NCBI RefSeq assembly: GCF_009914755.1
Contig: NC_060941.1
Length of the DNA: 64,000 nucleotides
From: the human T2T-CHM13v2.0 reference genome, Homo sapiens
Strand: one strand, 5' to 3'
Under the pieces are notes generated by a model, which had not been told where the DNA came from, did not search any database, and saw only the letters and a list, made by a program, of their open reading frames with translations. Position 1 is the first letter of the stretch, and each line of letters opens with the position of its first letter. This document shows, in pieces, positions 16,855 to 37,524 of the stretch. The position numbers and the translations under genes were made by a program.

Positions 16855-18224
16855 CTGGACGGCACCCAGGTGGACCTAAGCCTTCAGCTCCCAGTAGACA
16901 CTCTGGGCTTCCTACCCTGCCCAGACACTCTGGGCTTGCCCCCACACCTCCCCTCGGCCGGGGCTCCTGTGCGCATCTGTCTCTCCCAGTGCCCAGCACA
17001 GGCGTGGAATGGAAGGGGTGAATGGACCGATGTGAACACATCATCCTGGATTCTCCTTCCCCGCTCAAGCCCTGCAGCTAACCCATCGGCAAGCCCTGGG
17101 GGCTCTGCCTCCAAAATCCTGCCTATCCCATGTCCAAACGCCTCTCACCATGTCCACTGCTCTTTGCAGTTCTGTGTGTGTGGAAATATTTCCCCAAAAT
17201 TGGAATGAGCAGGTCACAGCTGTGCCTGGAGGGAACGGCCAGGGAAATGTGCCCCCTCGCCTTGCTGTTCTATCCAGGCCCACCCAGCTGAGGATGGGGG
17301 ACCTGCCACCACTCTCCTGGCAGTTCCGGACTCCTGGGAACCGGCAGGTGAGGACCCAAGAGTGTTTTCAGTGACCCGGCTGACCTGGTCATCCGTCAGT
17401 CCCACCTTGGCCTAGGCCTCTGTGCAGCACAGATCACAGCTCATTCCATCCTGGCATTACACTGGCCTGTGCCCTGTCCTCAGGGTCACATCCGTCTCCC
17501 AGAAGCCGTGCAACCCTGGAAAACCCAGGTCTAACAGTCAGGTTCCTCCTCTGTGCATTAACAATGGCGTTGACGTCTGCTTTGCGGGACGCTGGGAGGG
17601 GAGAGGGAGGTGTATGCTGGAGAGCTCCCCAGGGGCAAGGCCTGGTTCTGCGTCACTCACTGTCAGATCCTGAGAGCCTGGGGCTGGCCCAGCACGTGGC
17701 CACCGTTCCCTAAGAGTTGGATTTCATCCCTCAGTGCTGAAGGCAGGGGATAGAGCTTAGACAGACCCCCTGCGTCCTGTCTTCTTTATCTACAGCTTAC
17801 TCATCCTTGCCCCTTTCACGTGCACCCGGCAGAGCAGGTGTTCACTGAGCTTGAGCAAAATTCAAGCTAGAGCAGCTGATGGATCCTGAGGCCTAGATTC
17901 ACTGTCAAAGTGTTTCTCAAACGGTGCTCTCCAGAACACCAAGGAAAACTCATTGACTCTATAAGTCTGAAAATCCCTGCCCACCGGTCTACCTTTGTGT
18001 ATGAGCAATCAGCTCTACCATTCAGCCCAGGTGTGTGTTTGCTGGACCATGTGGAGGAAGCTGAAGAGACATGAGCTGAAGGCAGAGGGTGAGTCCAAGG
18101 TGGGATCTTGGGACAGGTACGAGAAGTTAGGCAAAAATGGGATAATTCTAGCCTTCATAACCTTAGATAATAGTTCACATTATTATTTAGTTAATAGAAT
18201 TGTACCCACATTAAATTTCTTAAA

Positions 18225-18523
18225 TTTTTTTAAGAGATAAAGTCTCACTCTGTCACCCAGGCTGGAGTGCAGTGGTGCAATCATGGCTCACTGCTTCCTG
18301 GAACTCGTGGGCTCCAGCAATCCTCCTGCCTCAGCCTCCTGACTAGGTGGGACTATAGGCACGCGCCACCATGCCTGGCTAATTTCTTTGACTTTTCTCT
18401 AGAGACCGGGTCCACCTAGGTTTCCCAGGCTGGTCTCAGACTTCTAGACTCAAGTGAACCTGAACCTCCCGCCTCGACCTCTCAAATTGCTGGGATTACA
18501 GGTGTGAGCCACCACACCTGGCC
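18225..18523 (-). mobile_element. Alu (J-type)
   Basis: Diverged antisense Alu dimer. Confidence 0.88.
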
Positions 18524-18650
18524 TAAATTTCTTATGTGCCATGGGACTGCAAAACATCATTATTAGGGGCAGCTGGATGGAAGGTATAGGACACTATAGT
18601 GCCTTTTCAATATTTCTGTCTAAAATCTAAAATCATTTCAACAGGAAACA

Positions 18651-18656
18651 TTTATT
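18651..18656 (-). terminator. Polyadenylation signal AATAAA of the TBC1D3 copy
   Basis: tttatt on the + strand, ~400 nt downstream of the last-exon stop region. Confidence 0.65.
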
Positions 18657-20579
18657 TCAAAACGTGAAGGTGGTTATCCTTCCATGAGTTTAAAGTACAA
18701 AGGCAGGCTCACGGTGTCGTCAGAATTCAGAACGATGGTCGTGGGGCTGGGGGTGTTGGGAGGGGCTGGGCATGGTTGGCTTTGTGATCTGGGGTCTGGT
18801 GTGCTCCATCTCTGAATGTCTCTCGAGCTGCACTCTTTCTTAATACATTCTCATAAGTTTAACAAAAAATAAAACGAGGAGGCGAAGCTTGCTTGGGTTG
18901 TTAAGCCTAGGGAAATTATCCAGCCATGAGCCCTGGCCCAGATGCTTCTAGAAGCCTGGAGGGAACTGAGAACTTTCCAAGTGGAGGCCGCAGAGGCAAG
19001 GCCCTGAGGTGGGAGCACACTGCTGTTCGTCCCTAGCTCTGAAGGGGGTGCCCTGGTCGGAATCAGTGCTGGGCGCACTGCAGGGCCGGGAAGTCCATGC
19101 CCACGTTGTGGCTCAGTGCAGTGAAAGCCGATCTCACCCGCTCCGCAGGGTGTTCAGCCTGCCAGCAGGTGGCCGGCTGGTCCTCCTGGGATATGGCACG
19201 GACCCAGCAGCTCTGTCTGAAATCATAACGGCGGAACCAAGGGTCCCCTACGTCCAGGTCCGTTGGGAGGCGGGGCATGGAGTTCCACTGCAGGAATCTC
19301 CAGGAACCCTGAGGTCCTCCCTGAGCCAGGGCCGGGCTGGGCACACCCTGAGTGCCCACAGGGTAGGTGTCTTCCCGGACAGCCCCACCAGGACAGGGTG
19401 TGGAAGAACGAGGTGCCCGTGGCGGGGAAGCTGACCAAATGGGCCGCGGGAACCGGGCTGGTGGGCCTGGAGGGGCCTGCCTGTCCCCCTTGCAGAGGGT
19501 CTTCCCGCCCCGTGAAGCTGGCACAGGCCTGGATGCCGACGACCCTTGCTCGGGTTTGGCTGAAAGGAAAACAGACGCGGTCAGCATCTCCAGTGAGCCC
19601 ACGCAGGCCTTTCCGGGCTGGGCCCCACCTGCCTGCGTCTCTGGAGTCCTCGGGGTCTCTGTGTGGCCCCCGTGGCCTGACACTGAGGACACGCCTGTAG
19701 TCTGCTGATCCCAGAGGGAGGGGTGCGTGCTGCCTGGCGTGGGGAAGCTGTCGTGGCATGGCGGGTGGCTCCTGGGACTGCCCCCAGGGTTCAGACTGGC
19801 TGGCGGCTTCCTGCCACACACCTTCGTCCCAGGGCTGTTGGGCCTGGGATACGGCCCCCAGTCAGAACTCAGGTGGGAGGGGCCTTGGATGTCACCCAGC
19901 CCCTTGCCACCTCAGGTGGGGACCCGTCTCCGCAGTGGGTGATTGGGCCCGGACGTGGGTCACCCTCTGCCCTCCTGGGCTGCCCAGTCCATGCCAGGAC
20001 TGACCGTTCCCACTTCTGGCTGAACGCTTGGCTCTGGCCCTGGGCCCGGGGTCCCGCCTGCGCCCTCTCCCTGAATGCTCTGTGGGTCAGGGACACGGAT
20101 TCCCTTGTCTCCCTGGCTCCAGGCTCGTTGTCCTGGCAAGCTTGGAGGAGCGTGCAGGAGTGAGGGGCCTCTGCTGCTCTCTGAGGCTGTGGGTGCTTGC
20201 AGGGAGGGGCGGGGTCTCCCACAAATGGGTCTGGGCTCGGCTAGTAACTTGGAGGGCCCTGCGAGGGGGAGAGGGAGACACCGCAGAAAGTGGGAGGGGG
20301 CTTGTTGGAGGGTCTCGCCCACATCCCCCTCCTGCGTGCACAGCATGTCCAGTATACACGCACTGAGCGCCTGCCCTGAGGACCGGTGGGCCTCCTGTAC
20401 TTTCTTAGAGTCCAGGAGGAAGAGGAGGAAGAAAAGGTGAAGAGGAAGGCCCAGGTAGTAGGGTTGCGGGTCCCGGGCACTCCCCTACTATTGACTACCC
20501 CAGAGGGTGACATGGGAGGGGACATGGCACTGGAGCCCACCTGGGGGTGGCAGGTCCCCCTGCTTTCTTGTTAGTTTCT

Positions 20580-28047
<7,468 letters not shown>

Positions 28048-29042
28048 CCTATGAGACAAAATTGTCTAAAGGTTACACTGTACGCGGCGGCTTTGGAGAA
28101 CACCTGAACCGCTCTCACCGGGCTCCCAGATGCTGGCTGGCTGCGTAACCCCCATTCCACCGCCGCCCCCAGGTAAAAAGGGGCCAGACCCAGTGGCCCA
28201 CAGCTGCTCGAGTCTCTGGAGTCTCAAGTCCCAAGCAGGGGTGGGCATCTTCCCAAGGACTTGAGTACAGTGGGACCTAGACAGAGAATCCTGTTGTCCC
28301 CCAGTGCCATGAAATGGGGACACACCGGCCCCAGCAGGTTGAATGGTTTCCACCTGCCAAGGGTGAAGGGCCCATGATGGGCTATTCCAGGGATGTGGAG
28401 GCAGACTGGGGTCAGCGACCAGAGGTCTCTGTACAATCGGCCTCCTGGGATGCTCAGGGCCTCAGAGATGCCCAGTTTCCTACAGGGAACAAGATCTCTC
28501 CTGACTGCTCGGTTCTACTCCGCTGATCACTTTGGCTACCGTGGCTCTTCAGTCTGAACAGTGAAGCCACTTCAGGAATAACGCCTGTTGAGCAGGAGGG
28601 TGTTCGGTTTGGGGGATGAGAAAGATCTATTGTACGCATGGAAACCATGTCTCTCGCGGAGGGACTGTGGAGTCCACCATTCTGAGCCGTCCCAACAGGA
28701 GGAGGCTTCATTTTCTTGGGTCACTGAGGAAGAACAGTGGGTCCTTGGTCCTGGAGAACACCTGGATGGACTGTCCCTCCTGGGAATACTCGAGGCAAAA
28801 GGAGGGCGAGGCCTCAAGAGGACCACACAGAGCAAGAAATGCCTGGGGAGAACCCTAGTGCCCGGACCCCTTTGAACAGAAGGGAAGATAGTCTCCCCTC
28901 AGCCAGCCCTCCAGGGCTCCTTCATTTTCCACAGCTGCCCAAGGGCAGCAGGCTCCCCCGGACAAGGGACCATGTGTGTTCAGTGGGGCCCACAGCGACC
29001 ATCGGGACCCAGCTTAGGGCACAGAGGTGTTCTGAGGACCGT

Positions 29043-29096
29043 CAGTGGATCTATACCAGTGGATCTATACCAGTGGATCTGTACCAGTGGCTCTGC
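29043..29096. repeat. 14-bp tandem repeat (cagtggatctatac) x ~3.8 in TBC1D3 intron 1
   Basis: Directly visible. Confidence 0.9.
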
Positions 29097-30439
29097 CAGG
29101 ACCAGGCTCTGCCCCATCGGGATCGGAAACCTGGGCAGATTTGGGATCTAGGGCAGGGAGGTCACAGGGTTCAGGCCTGAATTCCAGCACAGCACACGGC
29201 AGGGCTGAGAGCAAAACTCAGGGTCATGTCCGGATTCCCAGGCCGGTTACTGCCTCTCTGACCCCAGATGTCTCATCTGTCGAATGGGGACATTTGGGAA
29301 CAGCACCCACTCTACGAAGCCACCATGGAGACGAAAGAGCCAATCGTCTACACGGGCAGTGTAGAACGGGCGCCTGGTGAGTGCTCAGGGATGACCCTCC
29401 TCAGTAGCTGCCCCACAGAGGCCAACACCGCCCGCACCGTGGCCACTGTCCCCAGGTCCGCCTGGAGGGAAGAGAGCAGGTCACGCTCACCTGATTCTGA
29501 TGAATCAGCTGGCCTGGGTCATGCCTCTCAGGGAGAAAACCTTTGAGTCCACAGAGCTGCTCACAGATACCACTGCCTGTGTGTAACTGCTGTAGAACAC
29601 TGAGGCAGGCCAGAGAGCGGATAGGTGCTAAGCACCAGTGACATTCTGAGGTCATGGCACGCATCACAATGGGGCCTTGCCCGGGTCAGCAGTGCCCAGA
29701 GTCAGGGTCCTCCGCTGCCTGAGGCGTCAACATGCCTGCCTGCAATGTGTTTGTGCATGTGCGTGCACATGTGTATGTGGGTAAACACATCTGTGCACGT
29801 GTGTGTTGCTTCTCTGGCCAGGCCCGGCTGTCCCACTCATGTGTGCACCCAGTTCCTCATCACTGTCACCCCCGAGGCCCAGGGCCAGCATCAGAGCATC
29901 CATGGCTGCTCCCTAACCTCAGCCCTCCCTGCCCAGGGTGGTCCTGGGATACACATAGGGGTGGAGGGAAGTGACTGCTGCTGCTGGATCTCAGAATACA
30001 AAAGCTAATACTATTACCTAATGGTCTTTTTAGTGTCTCTAATGGTATCGCTTTTTCATTTCTGATATTTTAACTGGGTATTTCTCTCCATGACCCTTGG
30101 ATATTCTAGCTAGAGGATCTTGTGAGGAAAGTGCCGGGCACACAGTAGGGGCTCACTCTTCTAGACATGTTATCTAAAACCTGGTTCATCTGTCCTTCCA
30201 CGCAGGGCCTAGGGGATGCCAAATTCCAGGGTCCAGAAAGAGCTTGGGATAAAATGAAACTTCAAGGGGACGGCTTTGACCTGGGCTGAGTCTGCCTGTG
30301 CCGAGTCTGCCTGTGCCATCCAACTGGAGTCTCAAGTCCTGAGGCAGTACGTCCAGATGCCCCAGTGCAGGGTCCTCCTGATCAACACCTGCTCCCCTGT
30401 ACTCATTAGCAACCTCACCCACCCTACTCTCAAAGCACA

Positions 30440-30777
30440 CTTGGCTCTCATATCCAGGAGCTCTGCATCTGTGGATTCAGCAACAGCAGATGGAAAATAT
30501 TCAGAAAATAAATTGGACGGTTATGTTTCTATTGAACATGTGCAGACTTTGTTCTTGTCATTATTCCCTAAAGAATACAGTATCACGACCATTTATGTAG
30601 CATCTGCATTGTATTACACATCCTGAATAATCTAGAGATGGTCTAATGTCTACAGGAGGATGTGCATAGCTGATATGTAAATACTAGGCCATGTTATGTC
30701 AGAGACTTGAGGATCCATGGATTTTGTCATCCCCGGGGACCCTAGAACTAATCCATGGATACCAAGGGATGACTGTA
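30440..30777 (-). mobile_element. MER2-like Tigger-family DNA transposon relic
   Basis: The reverse strand begins cagtcatcccttggtatccatgga and resembles the recalled MER2. Confidence 0.65.
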
Positions 30778-31229
30778 TAAACTCACTCAGGAAGGCTTCT
30801 CATTGGAGGAAGGGCCCAGTTCAGGACACACAGGGACATCTCCCTGGACTACTGTCCATTCATCCATCCATTCATCCATTGTCTCCCCCCACTCCCCCAT
30901 CTCGGACTGTCCCAATGACAGCCCTAGCAAGAAGAGACAAGAAACAAGATAAGTTCACATTGTCCATTTTTGAGGTATTAGAAGAAGTTGCACTGGTATG
31001 AGAATAGTGGGTCAGTTTTCTACAGGATCCAGAAAGCATATCGGGCAGCCTCGGGGTGCGGAAAGGAGCCTGGCCTCTCCAGCAGCCACACAGGCCTGCA
31101 GTAGGATGGGGCTGGTGCTGGCCATGTGGATCACTTGGGCCTCATGAGGGGAAAGGAAATACCAGGGGGCAGAAGAGGAGCATGGGGGCAGCTGGTTGCC
31201 TAAGGGGAAGGCACCTCAGGGAAGGGGAC

Positions 31230-31572
31230 TGTATTCATTTGTTTTCACACTGATGTAAAGAAATACCTGAGATTGGGTAATTTATAAAGGAAACAGGCTT
31301 AATTGACTTGCAGTTCTGGAAACTTACAATCATGGCAGAAGGGGAAGGGGAAGCAGGCACCTTCTTCACAAGACGGCAGGAGGGAGTGAGTGGAGAACCA
31401 GTAAGTGCCACACTTTGAAACTATCAGCTCTCCTGAGAACTACCTCACTATCCGGGGAGCAGCACGGGGGAAACTGTCCCCAAATCCAATCCCCTCCCAC
31501 CAGATTCCTCCCTTGACACAGGAGGATTACAGTCCCAGATGAGTTTTGGGTGGGGACACAGAGCCAAACATG
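31230..31572 (-). mobile_element. MaLR solo LTR (THE1/MST-like)
   Basis: Diagnostic motifs 'aaacttacaatcatggcagaagg' and 'gggtggggacacagagccaaac' in antisense. Confidence 0.85.
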
Positions 31573-32068
31573 TGAGGGTCTCAGTCTATGTTGCAGCTCC
31601 CCTGGGGCTGAGGCCTCCTCCCAGCCGCCCCTTCCCCCAGGGCTTCCCACCTTCCCTGCCCTGAATTCTCTTTTTTTTTTTTGAGCTTAGTGATAGACAA
31701 AGTTAACATAGAAATCTTGGCCTGCCCACCAGGTGTGGTGGCTCACACCTGTAAACCACTGCACTCCAGCCTGGGCAACAAGAGTGAAACTCCATTGCAA
31801 AAAAAAAAAAAGTACATTTCAAATAATTATCACAAAGCAACTAGCTTTCCATTATCACTGAGTTTAAGAAACAGAATATAGCGAGCACTCAAAAGCCTCC
31901 CATTTGCTTCCTCCAAATCACAAATTCTCCCTTCCTCACAAAGGTAACTATAATTCTAAATGTTACAGTAATCACTTTCTTGCTTTTCTTTACAGTTTTA
32001 TATCCTATGCACAAGTAAATAAACACTAGATTTCATTTTCCCTGTTTTAAAAGTTTTTATATTTATAA

Positions 32069-32254
<186 letters not shown>

Positions 32255-32793
32255 TAATTTCTGTATTTTCTGTAGAGATGGGGTTTCACCATGTTGCCCA
32301 GGCTGGTCTTAAACTGCTGGGCTCAAGCAATCGGCCCACCTCAGCCTCCCAAAATGCTGAGATTACAGGTGTGAGCCACCGTGCCTAGCCTAATTCTTTT
32401 GTGTCTGGCTTCTTTCCATCAACATTAGGTTTACGAGATTCATTTATACTCGATATAACTACAAATCCATTCATTTTCATTCCTGTATAATGTTCCATTA
32501 TCTTAATATATCTCAACTTCCCAATCCCTTCTACAACTAATGGACATGTAATGTTTTCATTTTGGGGCTACTATAGATAATGGTGCTACAAATATTCTTG
32601 TACATATCTCCTAGTACACATATCTCCTGGGTGGATACCTACAGGTAGAACTGCTTATCCTTAACTAGAAAATTGTATTCCAAAGTAGTTGTATTAATTT
32701 ATTTTCTCATCAGCATGGTATGAGAGTTCCTGTTGCTCTACTTAGCAACCCTGTCAGTCTGTTTAATTTTACCTGTTCAGGTGAGTGCACTGA

Positions 32794-33078
<285 letters not shown>

Positions 33079-33630
33079 TGATCCATCCGTCTCGGCCTCT
33101 CAAAGTGCTGGGATTATAGGCGTGAGCCACCGCACCCAGCCAAGTTATCAATTTTAATGAAGTCCAATTTAATCTTTTCTTTTATATGAGTAGCCTCAGG
33201 AATGTATTTACCAGTATTATCTTCCAAGGGCTGTTTCATTGTTTTGCTTTCAAATTTAGCTCTATAGAACACCTGGAATTGTGGTGAAAGGTAGGTGCCA
33301 AGTTTCATATGGATATCTAATTGTCCCAGCACCACTTGCTGAGAAAACTATCTTTCTCTCACCTCTCTGCAATGTTATCTTTGTTATAAATCAGGTGTTC
33401 ATACATTTGTGAACTGGTTTCTGGGCTCTCTCTTCTATCCCAATGGTCTACTTGTCTTTTCTTGTACCAATATGACATTATTTTAAATATCATATCTTTG
33501 TGAAATAAATCTTGATATCTGGATGATATCCAATCTTGATGATATCCTCATATCTTATTCTTCTTCAAGAGTATCTTGGTTATTCCTGGTGCTTTGTATT
33601 TCCACATATGAGAATCAGCTTATCAAATCA

Positions 33631-33672
33631 CACACCACACACACACACACATACACACACACACACACACAC
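33631..33672. repeat. (CA)n microsatellite
   Basis: Directly visible. Confidence 0.95.
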
Positions 33673-33927
33673 GCAGACTTTGCATTTTTATTGGGATTGT
33701 GCATTAAGTCATCTGTAAATTAGTTTGTAGAGAACCGATATCTTAAAATATTGAGTCTTCTAATCCATGAACATGGTTTATTCCTTCCAATATTTAAGTC
33801 TTCTTTAATTTCTATCAATATTTTATTTTCTATATAGATGTCTTATGTGTCATTTTTAAAGTTTATTCCTAGGTACTTAATTTTTTCTCAGCATTTAATT
33901 TTTTTGATACTAAGATAAATAATATCT

Positions 33928-34734
<807 letters not shown>

Positions 34735-34747
34735 TTACTTGATCTAG

Positions 34748-34894
<147 letters not shown>

Positions 34895-37350
34895 TAGCTA
34901 GGACTACCGGCGTGTGCCACCATGCCTGGCTGATTGTTGTATTTTTAATAGAGACGGGGTTTCACCATCTTGGCCAGGCTGATCTCGAACTTCTGACCTC
35001 ATGATCCACCCGCCTTGGCCTCCCAAAGTGCTGGGATTACAGGCGTGAGCCACTGTGCCCGGCCTTTCCTTTACTTTATAAAATTAGGACACTAAAGTCC
35101 AAAGAGCTCAATCAGCTATCTAGTGGCAGAATTAGAACTAAAACATAGGTTGCTAAATTCCTAGTTCAGTGCCCTTTCTACTCTACCAAGTTGCCACTAT
35201 ACCCGAAGACTACCTCTTTAACAATTATCCACTGACCACAGTTTTCAAACCTTCCTTTTTCTTTTTTACCAAAGAGTCAACCTTTAATGCAATAGTTATA
35301 TATTAGACTATCAAGAGAGGAATTACGCACAACTTGATTTTCCTCAAGAACATTCTTGTATCCTCTAAGAAAAAAAACAAAACAAAACAAAAAAACCAAC
35401 CCCAAAACAAAAAACTTTTCCGAAGCCATCCGCATTTATGTGGCAGTGAAGATATACATACCTACACAAACACACAGGAAACATAAATTTTGTGTGTGTT
35501 GGTTTTTGTTTTTTTCTAATTTTTTTAGAGACAAGGTCTCACTTATTGCCCAGGTTGGAGTGGAGTGGTTATTTACAGGTGTGAGCATCATAGCATATTA
35601 TAGCTTCAAAATCCTGTCCTCAAGGGATCTTCCTAAACATGCCTGGCTTAGGAGATACTTTTTTTTTTTTTTTTTGAGACAAAGTCTCACTTTATCACCC
35701 AGGCTGGAGTGCTGTGGCGCAATCTTCGCTCACTGCAACCTCTGCCTCCTGGGTTCAAGCAATTCTCCTGCCTCAGCATCTCAAGTAGCTGAAACTGCAG
35801 GCGCATGCCACCATGCCCAGCTAATTTTTTTATTTTTAGTAGAGATGGGGTTTCATCACGTTGGCCAGGCTGTTCTCAAACTCCTGACTTCAGGTGATCC
35901 CCCTGCTTCAGCCTCCCAAAGTGCTGGGAGTACAGGTGTGAGCCGCTGCACCTGACCATTTTCTTTCTTTTTTTTCTTTTTCTTTTCTTTTTGAGACAGG
36001 GTCTTGCCCAGGCTGGAATGCATGGAGCAAGCAAGCATGGCTCACTGCAGCTTTGACTTCCTAGTCTCAAGTGATCCTCCTGCCTCAGCCTCCAGAGTAG
36101 TTGAGACTATAGGCACACACCATCATGGCTGCTTAGTTAAAAAAAAAAAAAAGTCTTTTTTTTTTTTTGGAATAGACGAGGTCTCACTATGTTGCCCAGG
36201 CTAGCCTTGAACTCCTGAGCTAAGGTGATCCTCCTGCTTCAGCCTCCCAAAGTGTTGGGATTACAGGTGTGAGCCACTGCACCCGGCCAGGAGACACAAA
36301 TTTTTAAAGAAAGTAGTACTCAGATGCACTGACTATCCTGTTGCCTCTTAATATACGGATAAGGAATGTCATTTCATACATTAGCCACCATGAGTAATAC
36401 TAAATCCTGGCTCTGATCACTTATATTAGCATATATAATACATTGAAAATGCATTCACAGCAACAGATTTTGAGGACAGGATAAAAAAGTAAAAAAATAA
36501 AATTTGTAAAATTATTAAATTTTAAAAAATTAAAGAAAAGAAGAGAAGAAAATGCATTCAATGATGTTGCAAAGACAGCAAATGACTATTTCACAAATGA
36601 CACTAGCAAGACTGGCAGTGAGTTGCCTAACATTTAACTAACCATTTTTCGGTGGACTGCAATGATGTAACCTGTAAAGGGGCTGTCAGGAAGAGATGGC
36701 ATGTGACCATTAACCATTCCATTTGTGAAGTTCTTCTCAGTTCCACATGGCACAACAGTGTTTGGCATTCCATTGGGGATGAATATTGGTCGGGGTAGGT
36801 CCCCATTGGTAGTAAGGGTGAACATTCCATTTGTAGATGGCGAAGAGGAGCAATCTACAAATTCAAAGATAAGTACAGCATCATAAGCTTGTGGTATTTT
36901 CATCTTTGCTCTTTTCTCAAGTATCCTGAGGACCAGAGACAGTGTAGTCTCTTAACACAGGGCAGGGAGAAATCACAGTATAAATAATTCTAGATTTATT
37001 GGAAGATTTTAATTTTCCAGTTTTACTTCCCTAACTCACACTTTTGACCAAATGAAAAGGAAAGAGTAACTGCTGGAAACTATTAAGCAGAATTTTTGCA
37101 GAAACCTGTATCGGCACCATGTTGTAGCACACAAACAGTTCTACCACTTGTTTTCTTTTCCTTCTCTTCGCCTTTGAAGACACTGTTTAATACAGTAACC
37201 TCTACCCAGATGTTGCATTTAAAATTTAAATTAGGCTGGATGAGGCAGCTCACATTTGTAATCCTAGCACTTTGGGAGGCTGAGGTAGCAGATCCCTTGA
37301 ACCCAGGAGCTAATGACCAGCCTAGGCAACATGGTGAAAACCCATCTCTA

Positions 37351-37524
<174 letters not shown>

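Noticed and set aside
19063-19821. 252-aa minus-strand ORF as a stand-alone gene
   Set aside because: It is the TBC1D3 last exon (from 19559) extended by open intron sequence.
29043-29096. CRISPR-like or other prokaryotic repeat system
   Set aside because: The repeats are head-to-tail without spacers, and the window is clearly primate DNA.
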